Shown: one piece after another, positions 9,973 through 18,040 of the stretch
Position numbering within the stretch: the stretch's first letter is position 1
How the letters are laid out: the number at the start of each line of letters is the position of its first letter
From: Candidatus Magasanikiibacteriota bacterium
GTDB lineage: Bacteria; Patescibacteriota; Patescibacteriia; Magasanikbacterales; GWA2-37-8
DNA length: 62,786 nucleotides
Assembly: GCA_023246715.1 (NCBI GenBank)
Contig: JAHFHZ010000002.1
Coordinates: forward strand, 1-62,786
Direction of reading: 5' to 3'
Program-made: the position numbers and the translations under genes
Notes under the pieces: model-generated
What the model saw: only the letters and a program-made list of their open reading frames with translations
Databases searched by the model: none
Told to the model about the DNA's origin: nothing

Positions 9973-11100
9973 TTATTTAGTAATAATCGTATGATACGCC
10001 GTGGAGACAGCCTGGTCAACGGATACGTTCAGCCGGGTTTCAAGCGCCTCGACATGGCCAGTTTGGACACTGGTTTTGGGGTGTTTAGCCACGAATAAAC
10101 TACAACAATCTTCGTAGGGGCGCTCAGAAATAGCGAGCGTACCGATCCGTCGCGCCCAATCGGTAATTTCGCGCTTAGTGGTGCCAATAAGCGGCGACAG
10201 GATTAACAGCGCTGTAGCGCTATAAACCGCCGCCAAGTTGGAAAGCGTTTGCGACGCCACCTGCCCCAGGCTATCACCAGTCACCAACGCCTCAGCGCCA
10301 ATCCGCCGGGCAATTTGCGTAGCAATGCGCAGCATTACCCGCCGAGTGATCAACATCCGGTAGGTTGAGGGTATGTGCATAATCACCTGGCGCTGCATAT
10401 CGGCAAAAGGCACAATATAAAGTTCTACCTGTGGTTGGAAACGGGCGAGTGTTTTTGCCAGATCAATAATTTTTTCTGATACCGCGGCGGTAACCTGGGT
10501 TTGATTTTGAAAGTGCACCAGCACCACTTCGGCACCGCGCTTCATCAACGAGTAGCTAGCCACCGGACTATCGATGCCGCCAGAAAGAAGGCTAACGACT
10601 TTACCCGAACTGCCCGTAGGCAGCCCGCCAACACCACTCGTGGCAGCCATCGCGAGGACCGCCTCTTCACGGCCAATAAAAATTTCGATTTCTAATTCAA
10701 AATTTTTTAGATCAACTTTCCAGCCATACTGTTCATTAATAAACGCTCCGAGTTCACGAACGATTTGAAGTGAATTCAGTGCAAAAGATTTGTCGGAGCG
10801 CGAACAGGTCAGGCGGAACGATTGGGTTTTTGCGTTACGCAACAATTCGTTTAATCCATTCTTTATTTTTGCTATATCCGGCTGTACTAAAACAGCCTCA
10901 GCAACTTTGGCCACACCCGGGATAAGAGAGAGTTCACCGAGTGAGTCTGGTGAAATATCTTGCACAAAAAGGCCGCACGAAAGGCGGCGAGCACGACAAC
11001 CCGAAAATAACGCGCGGATATTGCGTAGTAATTGATCGACAAAATCAGACTGATTATTCCCTTTGAGCATCACTTCATCAAGCCGGAGCAGCGCGTTCAT
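9973..11100 (-). CDS. thiI: tRNA 4-thiouridine synthase (no rhodanese domain)
   Basis: THUMP region, PP-loop SGGIDS, GDSLGQVASQTL, PYEDCC. Confidence 0.95.
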   Translation of the reverse strand: MNALLRLDEVMLKGNNQSDFVDQLLRNIRALFSGCRARRLSCGLFVQDISPDSLGELSLIPGVAKVAEAVLVQPDIAKIKNGLNELLRNAKTQSFRLTCSRSDKSFALNSLQIVRELGAFINEQYGWKVDLKNFELEIEIFIGREEAVLAMAATSGVGGLPTGSSGKVVSLLSGGIDSPVASYSLMKRGAEVVLVHFQNQTQVTAAVSEKIIDLAKTLARFQPQVELYIVPFADMQRQVIMHIPSTYRMLITRRVMLRIATQIARRIGAEALVTGDSLGQVASQTLSNLAAVYSATALLILSPLIGTTKREITDWARRIGTLAISERPYEDCCSLFVAKHPKTSVQTGHVEALETRLNVSVDQAVSTAYHTIITK

Positions 11101-11105
11101 AGGCC

Positions 11106-11927
11106 TTAGATAATAATAACCGGAAAAATATTTTGGTTGATTCTAGCGAGCAGAGCCGCCGGATCAAGCGCGGATTGCAGACCTCTACCGAGCGCTTGGA
11201 TCAGCGCGGCGTCCGGGTTCAGCCCTAACGCCAGATTTTTATACTTCCCCAGATACATGAGCAAATTGGGCCAGAAAAAATGCAGATACCTATCCCCCTC
11301 CTGGCGAGTTGTTTGCAAACTCTGTAATAATTCCGTTTGCATTTCGGGCGCTATCTTGGTTACAGGGTCCACAAGCATTTGCCTGGTAGCGACGAGCTGG
11401 GGAGAAAGCCCTGATTCGTCTTTAGCAAACAGATAGCGGCGTGAAAAAAACTGCGGTGGCTGATTTTTGCTTATTAAAAACAATTGAGCAATAGCGAGTT
11501 GATGCGCGCTTTTCTGAAAGGCTCGCGTTTGTTCGGCTTGGTTCGCGGCGCAGCGCGATTTTAACAAATAATAGTAACCAAACTTAAGGGAATTACGAAA
11601 AATGATTGCTGCATTTAGCGCCGAAACATGACTTTGTCCAGAAACGTCGTGGCCATAGATGTAATACCAGCCGCGTTTAAAAAAACTACGCGGAACAAGC
11701 ATTACACTGATTGGCGCGGCAGGAAAAAGCGCTCGGACAGCAGCAAGTTGCCTCGCGTATTTTTTTCTTTGGAAAAAAGTTACCCACGAACAGAGGACGT
11801 AAAAATCGATATCGCTGTACTGCGTCGCCTCGCCATAGACATAACTCCCGCCCAAAAGGACGGGAGTATGACCGAATATTTTTTGAATTTGTTGATGTAA
11901 TTGAACAACAACCGGCTCGGTAAACAT
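11106..11927 (-). CDS. Pol-beta superfamily nucleotidyltransferase-domain protein
   Basis: GGSYVYGEATQYSDIDF matches GS-x9-DxD; helical C-terminal half not recognised. Confidence 0.7.
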   Translation of the reverse strand: MFTEPVVVQLHQQIQKIFGHTPVLLGGSYVYGEATQYSDIDFYVLCSWVTFFQRKKYARQLAAVRALFPAAPISVMLVPRSFFKRGWYYIYGHDVSGQSHVSALNAAIIFRNSLKFGYYYLLKSRCAANQAEQTRAFQKSAHQLAIAQLFLISKNQPPQFFSRRYLFAKDESGLSPQLVATRQMLVDPVTKIAPEMQTELLQSLQTTRQEGDRYLHFFWPNLLMYLGKYKNLALGLNPDAALIQALGRGLQSALDPAALLARINQNIFPVIII

Positions 11928-11935
11928 ACAAAAAC

Positions 11936-13186
11936 CTAGCGGCAGCGTTGATCGATTTCGTGGCGCACATTCTGAAGCGGAATCAATTCAGCCTCGCTCG
12001 CGGATCGTTCTTTGAACTCCGCAACGCCTTTTTCCAGGGTTCGCTTGGAAATCACCACGCGCAGCGGAAGCCCAAGCAAATCGGCATCGGCAAATTTTTC
12101 ACCAGCCGAAGCATTAGAACGATCATCATAGAGTACTTCGATTTTGGAACCAAGCAGTTGCTGATAAAGCTGTTCGGCCTCACGGAGCACTGCCTCATCA
12201 CTGCCAACCGCCACCAGGTGCAAGGCATACGGGGCTACGGAACGGGGCCAGATAATTCCTTTATCGTCGTTAAAAATTTCCACGAGCGTTCCCATTAAAC
12301 GTGAAACCCCGATGCCGTAACAACCCATTAAAATCGGCTGGAGAGCGCCGGATTCATCGGCGTATTTGAATTTGAACGCGTCGGTAAAGCGCGTTTTCAG
12401 ATCGAAGATGTTGCCAACCTCGATGGCTTTTACCGGGGTGAGGTTGGGATTTTGGCAGGTGGGGCAGAAATTATGTTCGTCGATAATTTCTTTATTTACG
12501 GCCACGCGGCATTTTGAGCACAAATAAACGGTGTCTTCGCCAATCTCGCAGAGAGCCTGGAATTCGTGAGAGTAACGACTGAACACCCCACCGGAGGCAT
12601 AGGTTAAAACCACCCGGTCACCCAGGCCGAGGCGCTCGTAGACTTTGAAATAGGCCGTTTGGACGGTTTCGTAATATTTTTTAAAATCTGTTTCGGTCGC
12701 ATGAAAGGAATATAAATCCTTCATGTTAAATTCGCGCCCACGGAGTAACCCAGATTTGGCGCGAGGTTCGTTGCGGAATTTGTTTTGAATCTGGTACACC
12801 GCAAGGGGCAAATCACGATACGAAAAAGCGTAAGTCTTTACCAGCGGGGTAATGACGTTTTCATGCGACTGATTAATGACCAATTTACTACCGCCGTGAC
12901 CAGTGAGGTGGAACAAAATATCGATGGCATCCTGGCCCGAGATGGCATAATTTTCTTCCTGAGTAAGGGTGGGCATGAGCACTTCGTTGGCGCCAAGCGC
13001 ATTCATTTCTTCACGGATGATGTTCTGAATTTTGGTCAACACGCGTAAACCGAGCGGCAAATAATTATATACTCCGGCCATTTGCTTGTTGATAAAGCCT
13101 CCTTTGGTAAGGAGTTCGGCGTTTTTGCTGTCGGCGTCGGCGGGAGCAGATTTGGTAGTTTTGGCAAAGATTCGGGAATAACGCAT
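11936..13186 (-). CDS. proS: Prolyl-tRNA synthetase (short, no INS editing domain)
   Basis: KFRNEPRAKSGLLRGREF.MKDLYSF, SHEF, IEVGNIF, MGCYGIGVSR, anticodon-binding domain. Confidence 0.95.
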   Translation of the reverse strand: MRYSRIFAKTTKSAPADADSKNAELLTKGGFINKQMAGVYNYLPLGLRVLTKIQNIIREEMNALGANEVLMPTLTQEENYAISGQDAIDILFHLTGHGGSKLVINQSHENVITPLVKTYAFSYRDLPLAVYQIQNKFRNEPRAKSGLLRGREFNMKDLYSFHATETDFKKYYETVQTAYFKVYERLGLGDRVVLTYASGGVFSRYSHEFQALCEIGEDTVYLCSKCRVAVNKEIIDEHNFCPTCQNPNLTPVKAIEVGNIFDLKTRFTDAFKFKYADESGALQPILMGCYGIGVSRLMGTLVEIFNDDKGIIWPRSVAPYALHLVAVGSDEAVLREAEQLYQQLLGSKIEVLYDDRSNASAGEKFADADLLGLPLRVVISKRTLEKGVAEFKERSASEAELIPLQNVRHEIDQRCR

Positions 13187-13215
13187 AGTATAAAATCTAG
13201 AATAATCTTTAATTC

Positions 13216-13300
13216 TCATGACGAGGCCGGATCAGTCCAGGGGATTGCCGCGTCGGCTTGCCCCGCCCCGGCGGGATAAACTCGCCTCCTCGCAATGACA
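13216..13300. repeat. GC-rich palindromic element of the GTCATTGCGAG type
   Basis: Imperfect terminal IR TCATGACGAGG...CCTCGCAATGA; internal GGATTGCCGCGTCG; ends in AATGACA like the elements at 26856 and 35118. Confidence 0.6.
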
Positions 13301-14263
13301 CTATTTTTTTAGCGTGGTAATCGGCCGGCTCTGGGTTATAAAAAATTGGTTATTGGCAAAAGCCCATTCAATATCGCACGGGAATCCGTAATGCTGTTCA
13401 ATCTGGCAGCACAGTTTAGCCAGCTCTAACACTTGCGGAGCGGATAGTTTTTGCTTGGAGCCTTCGGCTTCGGAAAGCTCGATCCAGTGATTAATTTCCC
13501 CGTCTTTGAGCTGGCCCGCGCCATGCACGAGGTGTTTATTTTGCGTACTGACGTAGACATCCATCAGCTCCATTTTCTTTTTACTCACGATATAGCTATC
13601 GGGCGTAATCTGCCCGCTGACGATTGCTTCACCCAGGCCGAAACCCGCTTCGATGATGAGCTGATCGTAATCTTCGGTGACCGGGTGCACCGTAAAGCAG
13701 ATGCCCGAAATTTCGGACTGCACCATTTGCTGCACCACCACGGCTACCGAGACCTGCGTGTCGATCAGATTTTTTTCGTGGCGGTAAAAAATCGCTCGGG
13801 GAGTGAACAGCGAACTCCAGCATTTTTTAACCATCTCGGCCACGTTTTCGCGAGTGGTATTAAGATACGTTTCCAGCTCTCCCGCCCAGCTAGCGATTTC
13901 GGAATCTTCGGCCGTGGCGCTGGAGCGTACCGCCACGTGCTCGGCGCCCAGCTGGTCGAAGGCAACCAGAATTTCGGCGGTTAAATCCGCAGGCATCGCC
14001 CGGTCGTGAATCACATCGCGCAAAATATTGCTGGCGCGATCAACGGAATTCGTATCGGCCGGGTTAACTTCGGCCAAGCGCGCGGCAATTTCTTCTTTCA
14101 GTTCGGTCTCTTCGATAAAGCGATCAAAGGCACTGGCTAACACAATAAAACCCGGCGGAACACTAATTCCGGCCTGGGTCATTTCGCCAAGTGAAGCGCC
14201 TTTGCCCCCGGCGATAGCGACATCGGTTTTGGAAATATCTTTGAAAAATTTTAAATGAGGCAT
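13301..14263 (-). CDS. Stand-alone ATP-grasp (PPDK_N) domain of the PEP synthase/RPH family
   Basis: GGKGASLGEM, AVRSSATAEDS..SWAG, VVVQQMV, GLGEAIVSG..TPD, DIEWA, QSRPIT then stop; no His domain or pyruvate barrel. Confidence 0.93.
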   Translation of the reverse strand: MPHLKFFKDISKTDVAIAGGKGASLGEMTQAGISVPPGFIVLASAFDRFIEETELKEEIAARLAEVNPADTNSVDRASNILRDVIHDRAMPADLTAEILVAFDQLGAEHVAVRSSATAEDSEIASWAGELETYLNTTRENVAEMVKKCWSSLFTPRAIFYRHEKNLIDTQVSVAVVVQQMVQSEISGICFTVHPVTEDYDQLIIEAGFGLGEAIVSGQITPDSYIVSKKKMELMDVYVSTQNKHLVHGAGQLKDGEINHWIELSEAEGSKQKLSAPQVLELAKLCCQIEQHYGFPCDIEWAFANNQFFITQSRPITTLKK

Positions 14264-14273
14264 AACAGGGCTT

Positions 14274-14302
14274 AGCTTAGCACTGGGGATAAAAAGTTTC
14301 AA
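14274..14302 (-). promoter_or_regulatory. Putative sigma70 promoter of the ATP-grasp gene
   Basis: TTGAAA (14302-14297), 17 bp spacer ending in TGC (extended -10), TAAGCT (14279-14274), 10 nt before the ATG. Confidence 0.5.
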
Positions 14303-14319
14303 TCCTGGCTATAAAAAAA

Positions 14320-14535
14320 TTAATTTACCACTACGATTCCGTCATCACCATTCAATTCCACCATTTGCCCCTCGCGCACGTGTTCTAAAAAATTTTCCGG
14401 CAACCCGACAACTGCTGGTTTATTATTTTCGCGCGCGGTGATCGCGGCATGACTGGTAACCCCGCCGTGCACGACGATAACACCTTTAACCATTGCGGCT
14501 AAGGCAGCGCTCGGCTTTACCTTGTCCAAAACCAC
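14320..14535 (-). CDS. Minimal or 5'-truncated phospho-His swivel (PEP-utiliser mobile) domain; possible gene remnant
   Basis: GGVTSHAAITARENNKPAVVG...GQMVELNGDDG; lacks the N-terminal G..ASPG...G strand; in-frame stop at 14551-14553; GTG start only. Confidence 0.7.
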   Translation of the reverse strand: MVLDKVKPSAALAAMVKGVIVVHGGVTSHAAITARENNKPAVVGLPENFLEHVREGQMVELNGDDGIVVVN

Positions 14536-14539
14536 AAAG

Positions 14540-14593
14540 TGAAAGATGCTCTAGTTATCTTTAGAGTTAAAAAGCGCACTAGAGCATCTTTCA
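14540..14593. repeat. Perfect 16-bp inverted repeat with 22-bp spacer
   Basis: TGAAAGATGCTCTAGT (14540-14555) / ACTAGAGCATCTTTCA (14578-14593). Confidence 0.9.
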
Positions 14594-14655
14594 ACGGCTT
14601 GGTTAGGAAGTAAGGGTTGAATTCCCTTGAGCTGGCTAAGCAGACAGGAGCGTTC

Positions 14656-15270
14656 ATGAAGATCAGGTGGACTGTGATACCCCATGGCCGAAAGAAGGCG
14701 GTGCGGGACCTGGCCCCAGGCACCGACCCGAGCAATCCGCCCCTCACCGATGAGGCGCGGCGTGACGCGGCGACTCTTGCTGAGACGCTCGCCGAGCTGC
14801 ACGGGCGGCCGGACATCATTTTCGTGTCTACTCGCATTCGGGCCCAGCAGACGGCAGAGCGCGCCATCGAGCTCTTTGGCCGGCACGAGCTCGACGGCTG
14901 CCCGGTCGTGGCGATCAACCTGCTCGGACAGCCCGACAGCGGGGACCTCGACCGCAGCCACCCCCAGGCGGATGCCGACGGACTGGTGTGCTACGGGCAG
15001 CGGACGAACGACCCCCAGTGGCTCGATTGGACCCGTCAGGCCCGACGCCTGATGATCGGCATGATCGGGGAAATGTTCGAACCGCCCCGGCCGCTCCAGG
15101 CCTGGGTCTTCGGGCACCGCCCGACCGCTGGCGCCTTCCGCTGGCTCGCCACCAACGGGCCCAACCAGCTCCCGGCCGACGGCGAGCTGAAGGTCCTCGA
15201 CCCCTGTCTGCTGCCGTATCTCTTCTTCGCCGAGAGCGAGGTGGGGGGCCTGCGGCTCATCCCGCGCTAG
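14656..15270 (+). CDS. Histidine phosphatase superfamily protein (SixA/PGM-like)
   Basis: PHG (RHG-like), NPPLT, STRIRAQQTA, VFGHRP; AGGAG SD at 14646-14650; strongly GC-rich. Confidence 0.75.
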   Translation: MKIRWTVIPHGRKKAVRDLAPGTDPSNPPLTDEARRDAATLAETLAELHGRPDIIFVSTRIRAQQTAERAIELFGRHELDGCPVVAINLLGQPDSGDLDRSHPQADADGLVCYGQRTNDPQWLDWTRQARRLMIGMIGEMFEPPRPLQAWVFGHRPTAGAFRWLATNGPNQLPADGELKVLDPCLLPYLFFAESEVGGLRLIPR

Positions 15271-15322
15271 CCAGAGCCTGAAGAACGCCCTTCTCTACCA
15301 CTTCTGACCCTCAACGCGCACT

Positions 15323-15360
15323 GCCCTCCCGGAACTCTACCGGGAGGGCTTCTGCATTTT
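15323..15360 (+). terminator. Intrinsic terminator-like hairpin between convergent genes
   Basis: GCCCTCCCGG-7 nt-CCGGGAGGGC followed by TTCTGCATTTT. Confidence 0.7.
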
Positions 15361-16447
15361 AAGCGGGAGTTAATTTTCTAATTGTGCCAGTGGCGGCATC
15401 AACTTCAACGAGTTCGCCATCTTTAAAAACATGCGTGGCGTGCTTGGTGCCAATTATGCAAGGCTTCTGCAACTCACGCGCGACAATAGCCGCGTGACAG
15501 AGTAATCCTCCTTCGTTGGTAACAAAAGCGGCCGCCCGCTTCATGATGGGCAAATAGCTGGGATCGGTCATTTGCGAAACAATTATTTCACCATCTTTAA
15601 AATTTTCCATATCCTGGCGGGCGCGGACAACACGCACATACCCCGTGACGAGACCAGGGAAAGCGGTTTGGCCTTTGAGCTCGCTCAGTCCTTCGAGTTC
15701 GTCGCCGGGGCTAGCCAATAGTTTTTGCTCTTCAATGATCCGAAGCGCTTGGTCACCAGCAGCCAACTCCACCTGCCCGATAGCGTACTGCCGTACATAC
15801 AAGGCGCGTTTACGCTCACGCAACATCGCCGGGCTTGGCAACACCGCGCCAGTGGTTATGTAGGCCGCCAGTTCACGCCCCAGCAAATAGCACAATTCCT
15901 CCCCAGTGTAAGCAGGTAATTTATTTTTTGCGAGCCAGGCAGTATAGCGCGGGATGAACTTCATTTCGCCGTCTTTATAAATTACCTCGCCGCGGCGACG
16001 AATTTTGGTAGCCCAGTCAATATATGCTTGCTGTATTTCTTTGGGCAACACGCCCACAAAATCAGCTGAATCCATTCCGGCATACGCAATCGGAAACAAT
16101 TCCTGGTACCAGCGGTAAAAATCCAAAAAAGTGTCTAGGCTAAAATTTGCATCATCCTGGTAAATGACCTCTTCATAGCGCGACACTTCGGCATCAAACC
16201 AATCAAAACTGGTTACCAAATTTACCTGGCCATTTTTTACTTTATTTAAAAACAGCGTGCTCACCCGTTCACGGTCCCCTATTGCCTGAAAATGAAAATA
16301 CACACCTTCTTTCACCACCGAAGGCAGCTCCACGAATGTTCCGCCGTAGGCTTCGTTTAAAATCGCCCCCGTCATCGCTTCAACCACCGAGGTAATACCA
16401 AGAATGGTATACTCCCGGCGATGACGTTCATATTTGATTTTGGACAT
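15359..16447 (-). CDS. Unknown N-terminal domain + C-terminal phospho-His swivel domain (module A)
   Basis: LKGQTAFPG..TG, VSQMTDP, EGGLLCHAAIVARELQKPCIIGT, VEVDAATG. Confidence 0.9.
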   Translation of the reverse strand: MSKIKYERHRREYTILGITSVVEAMTGAILNEAYGGTFVELPSVVKEGVYFHFQAIGDRERVSTLFLNKVKNGQVNLVTSFDWFDAEVSRYEEVIYQDDANFSLDTFLDFYRWYQELFPIAYAGMDSADFVGVLPKEIQQAYIDWATKIRRRGEVIYKDGEMKFIPRYTAWLAKNKLPAYTGEELCYLLGRELAAYITTGAVLPSPAMLRERKRALYVRQYAIGQVELAAGDQALRIIEEQKLLASPGDELEGLSELKGQTAFPGLVTGYVRVVRARQDMENFKDGEIIVSQMTDPSYLPIMKRAAAFVTNEGGLLCHAAIVARELQKPCIIGTKHATHVFKDGELVEVDAATGTIRKLTPA

Positions 16448-16457
16448 ATGCAAATTG

Positions 16458-17948
16458 TTAAGACACTTTTCTAATTAGGCCTTTGGTCGCGTCAACTTCA
16501 ACTTGTTCTCCACTCACAAAAACGGCCATGGCTTTCTTGGCGCCCACAATGCAGGGAATACCCAGTTCGCGCGATACGATGGCGGCGTGACTGGTGACGC
16601 CGCCCTGCTCGGCCACCACGGCGGCCGCCTTTTTCATGAGTGGCACGAAATCCGGGGTGGTTTGATTGGTAATCAAAATCTCTCCGGCCTGAAATTGATG
16701 AAATTGGTCGCTGCCCAAAATAATCCGCGCGGTGCCCGTTACTTTGCCAGGCGAAGCAGTCATGCCTTTGAGTTCCTGCAGGCCGGAGAGATCGGGGAAA
16801 AAATTACTTAAATCAAGGTCTTTTAATTCATCGCGCAGGAAAATGGCATACCCTTGAGAGTCAAAAACAGCCAGGCAGCCGGCGCGGCGCTCGACGGTAA
16901 TATGTTGCCAGCGGGCAGGGTCTTGTAAAAATTCCTCAAGCTCGTTGAACATCACGTACTGAATCAGCTCGGGGTCAAACTGCACCAACTCGGCCAAGCG
17001 GCCCAGATAATTAATATTAAAGTGATTCAAACGAAGCACGGCCTGCTTGCGGCAATCTTGGATAAAAGTACAATCATCGGCGAATTGGACAAAAGATCGC
17101 AGCAGTGGGGTGGCGGATATTTTTTGAAACACATTTTCTTTGGCAATAACCGCCCGATGTAAGCGCTCTTGTTCTTCGGCGTATTTATGTTCAGCATCAC
17201 TCAGATTGTTTATTTCTGCGCGGACCTGTTTGGCTGTTTTGGGAAGGGCTTTGAGATAGTTATTTTCTACCCAATAATACTCCCGGACAATTTGCTCAAT
17301 CCCCGCGGCAATGTCTACCCCCTGATTCTGGCGGCAGCGCTCCGCAAGCAAACGCAACGCGTAGGAATTAACAAAGCTGCGGTGAGTGGGGGCGCGCAAT
17401 ATTTCAACATCATCTGGCGCCAACGCTTGGCCAGCGTATTTATTGACGTGATTTTTAAACCAATCGTCGTCGGAAAAACTTAATAAACAATCTACGGTAT
17501 AGCCCATCCCCTGCTCCCCAGCAGCGTTAATTAACTCGAGGAGATGTTGAACGATTTGCGCCGGAGTAAAATCTTCGAGCCGCAGCTCTTCTTCGGCGCG
17601 GGCGCGCTCATCAAACACCGCAAAACCCTGTTGATACATTTGATACAATTTTTTACCGAACTCAAGATCCTTTTCGAGAGCGGCAAATAGCTGAGCGCGC
17701 GTGGCCTGCATTTCTTTTACCGACCACTGCCAATCAAATTCGCGATCAACAACAAAGTTTTGAAACGACATCCCGTGCGGCATGCTACCAGGAATCTTTT
17801 GAGGCGCTCGAAAAATAGCGAAGTATTCTTGCACAAAAATCGGCATCATGTATGAGCCATAGTGTTTGCTGAAAAAACCCTCGTGAAGGTGTTTTTCCAA
17901 ATACGCGCGCAGACGTGTTCGATCGGCTGGCGTAGACGCGGGGATCAT
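16458..17948 (-). CDS. Helical N-terminal domain + C-terminal phospho-His swivel domain (module B)
   Basis: YYWVENNY, QDCRKQ, LKGMTASPG, TNQTTP, GGVTSHAAIVSRELGIPCIVG. Confidence 0.9.
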   Translation of the reverse strand: MIPASTPADRTRLRAYLEKHLHEGFFSKHYGSYMMPIFVQEYFAIFRAPQKIPGSMPHGMSFQNFVVDREFDWQWSVKEMQATRAQLFAALEKDLEFGKKLYQMYQQGFAVFDERARAEEELRLEDFTPAQIVQHLLELINAAGEQGMGYTVDCLLSFSDDDWFKNHVNKYAGQALAPDDVEILRAPTHRSFVNSYALRLLAERCRQNQGVDIAAGIEQIVREYYWVENNYLKALPKTAKQVRAEINNLSDAEHKYAEEQERLHRAVIAKENVFQKISATPLLRSFVQFADDCTFIQDCRKQAVLRLNHFNINYLGRLAELVQFDPELIQYVMFNELEEFLQDPARWQHITVERRAGCLAVFDSQGYAIFLRDELKDLDLSNFFPDLSGLQELKGMTASPGKVTGTARIILGSDQFHQFQAGEILITNQTTPDFVPLMKKAAAVVAEQGGVTSHAAIVSRELGIPCIVGAKKAMAVFVSGEQVEVDATKGLIRKVS

Positions 17949-18040
17949 AAGGGGAATTTTTATTCTAAAACTTCGGGAAACAAGGTATTGGCTATGTCCC
18001 ACAGATACTAAACACTACTTGAGCCAGTCATAATAAATAT

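Noticed and set aside
13301..14263. Calling this gene (or modules A-D) ppsA/ppdK
   Set aside because: No PEP/pyruvate-binding barrel in any of them or elsewhere in the window, so canonical PEP synthase activity is unsupported.
13301..14535. A frameshifted single gene joining the His domain and the ATP-grasp
   Set aside because: The His ORF has a clean stop at the natural domain end, and the ATP-grasp has its own ATG and promoter-like sequence.
14517..15281. Alternative overlapping ORFs (14551-15117 -, 14517-14918 -, 14684-15052 +, 14988-15281 +)
   Set aside because: Stop-poor shadows of a GC-rich gene; only the 14656 frame has an SD and family motifs.
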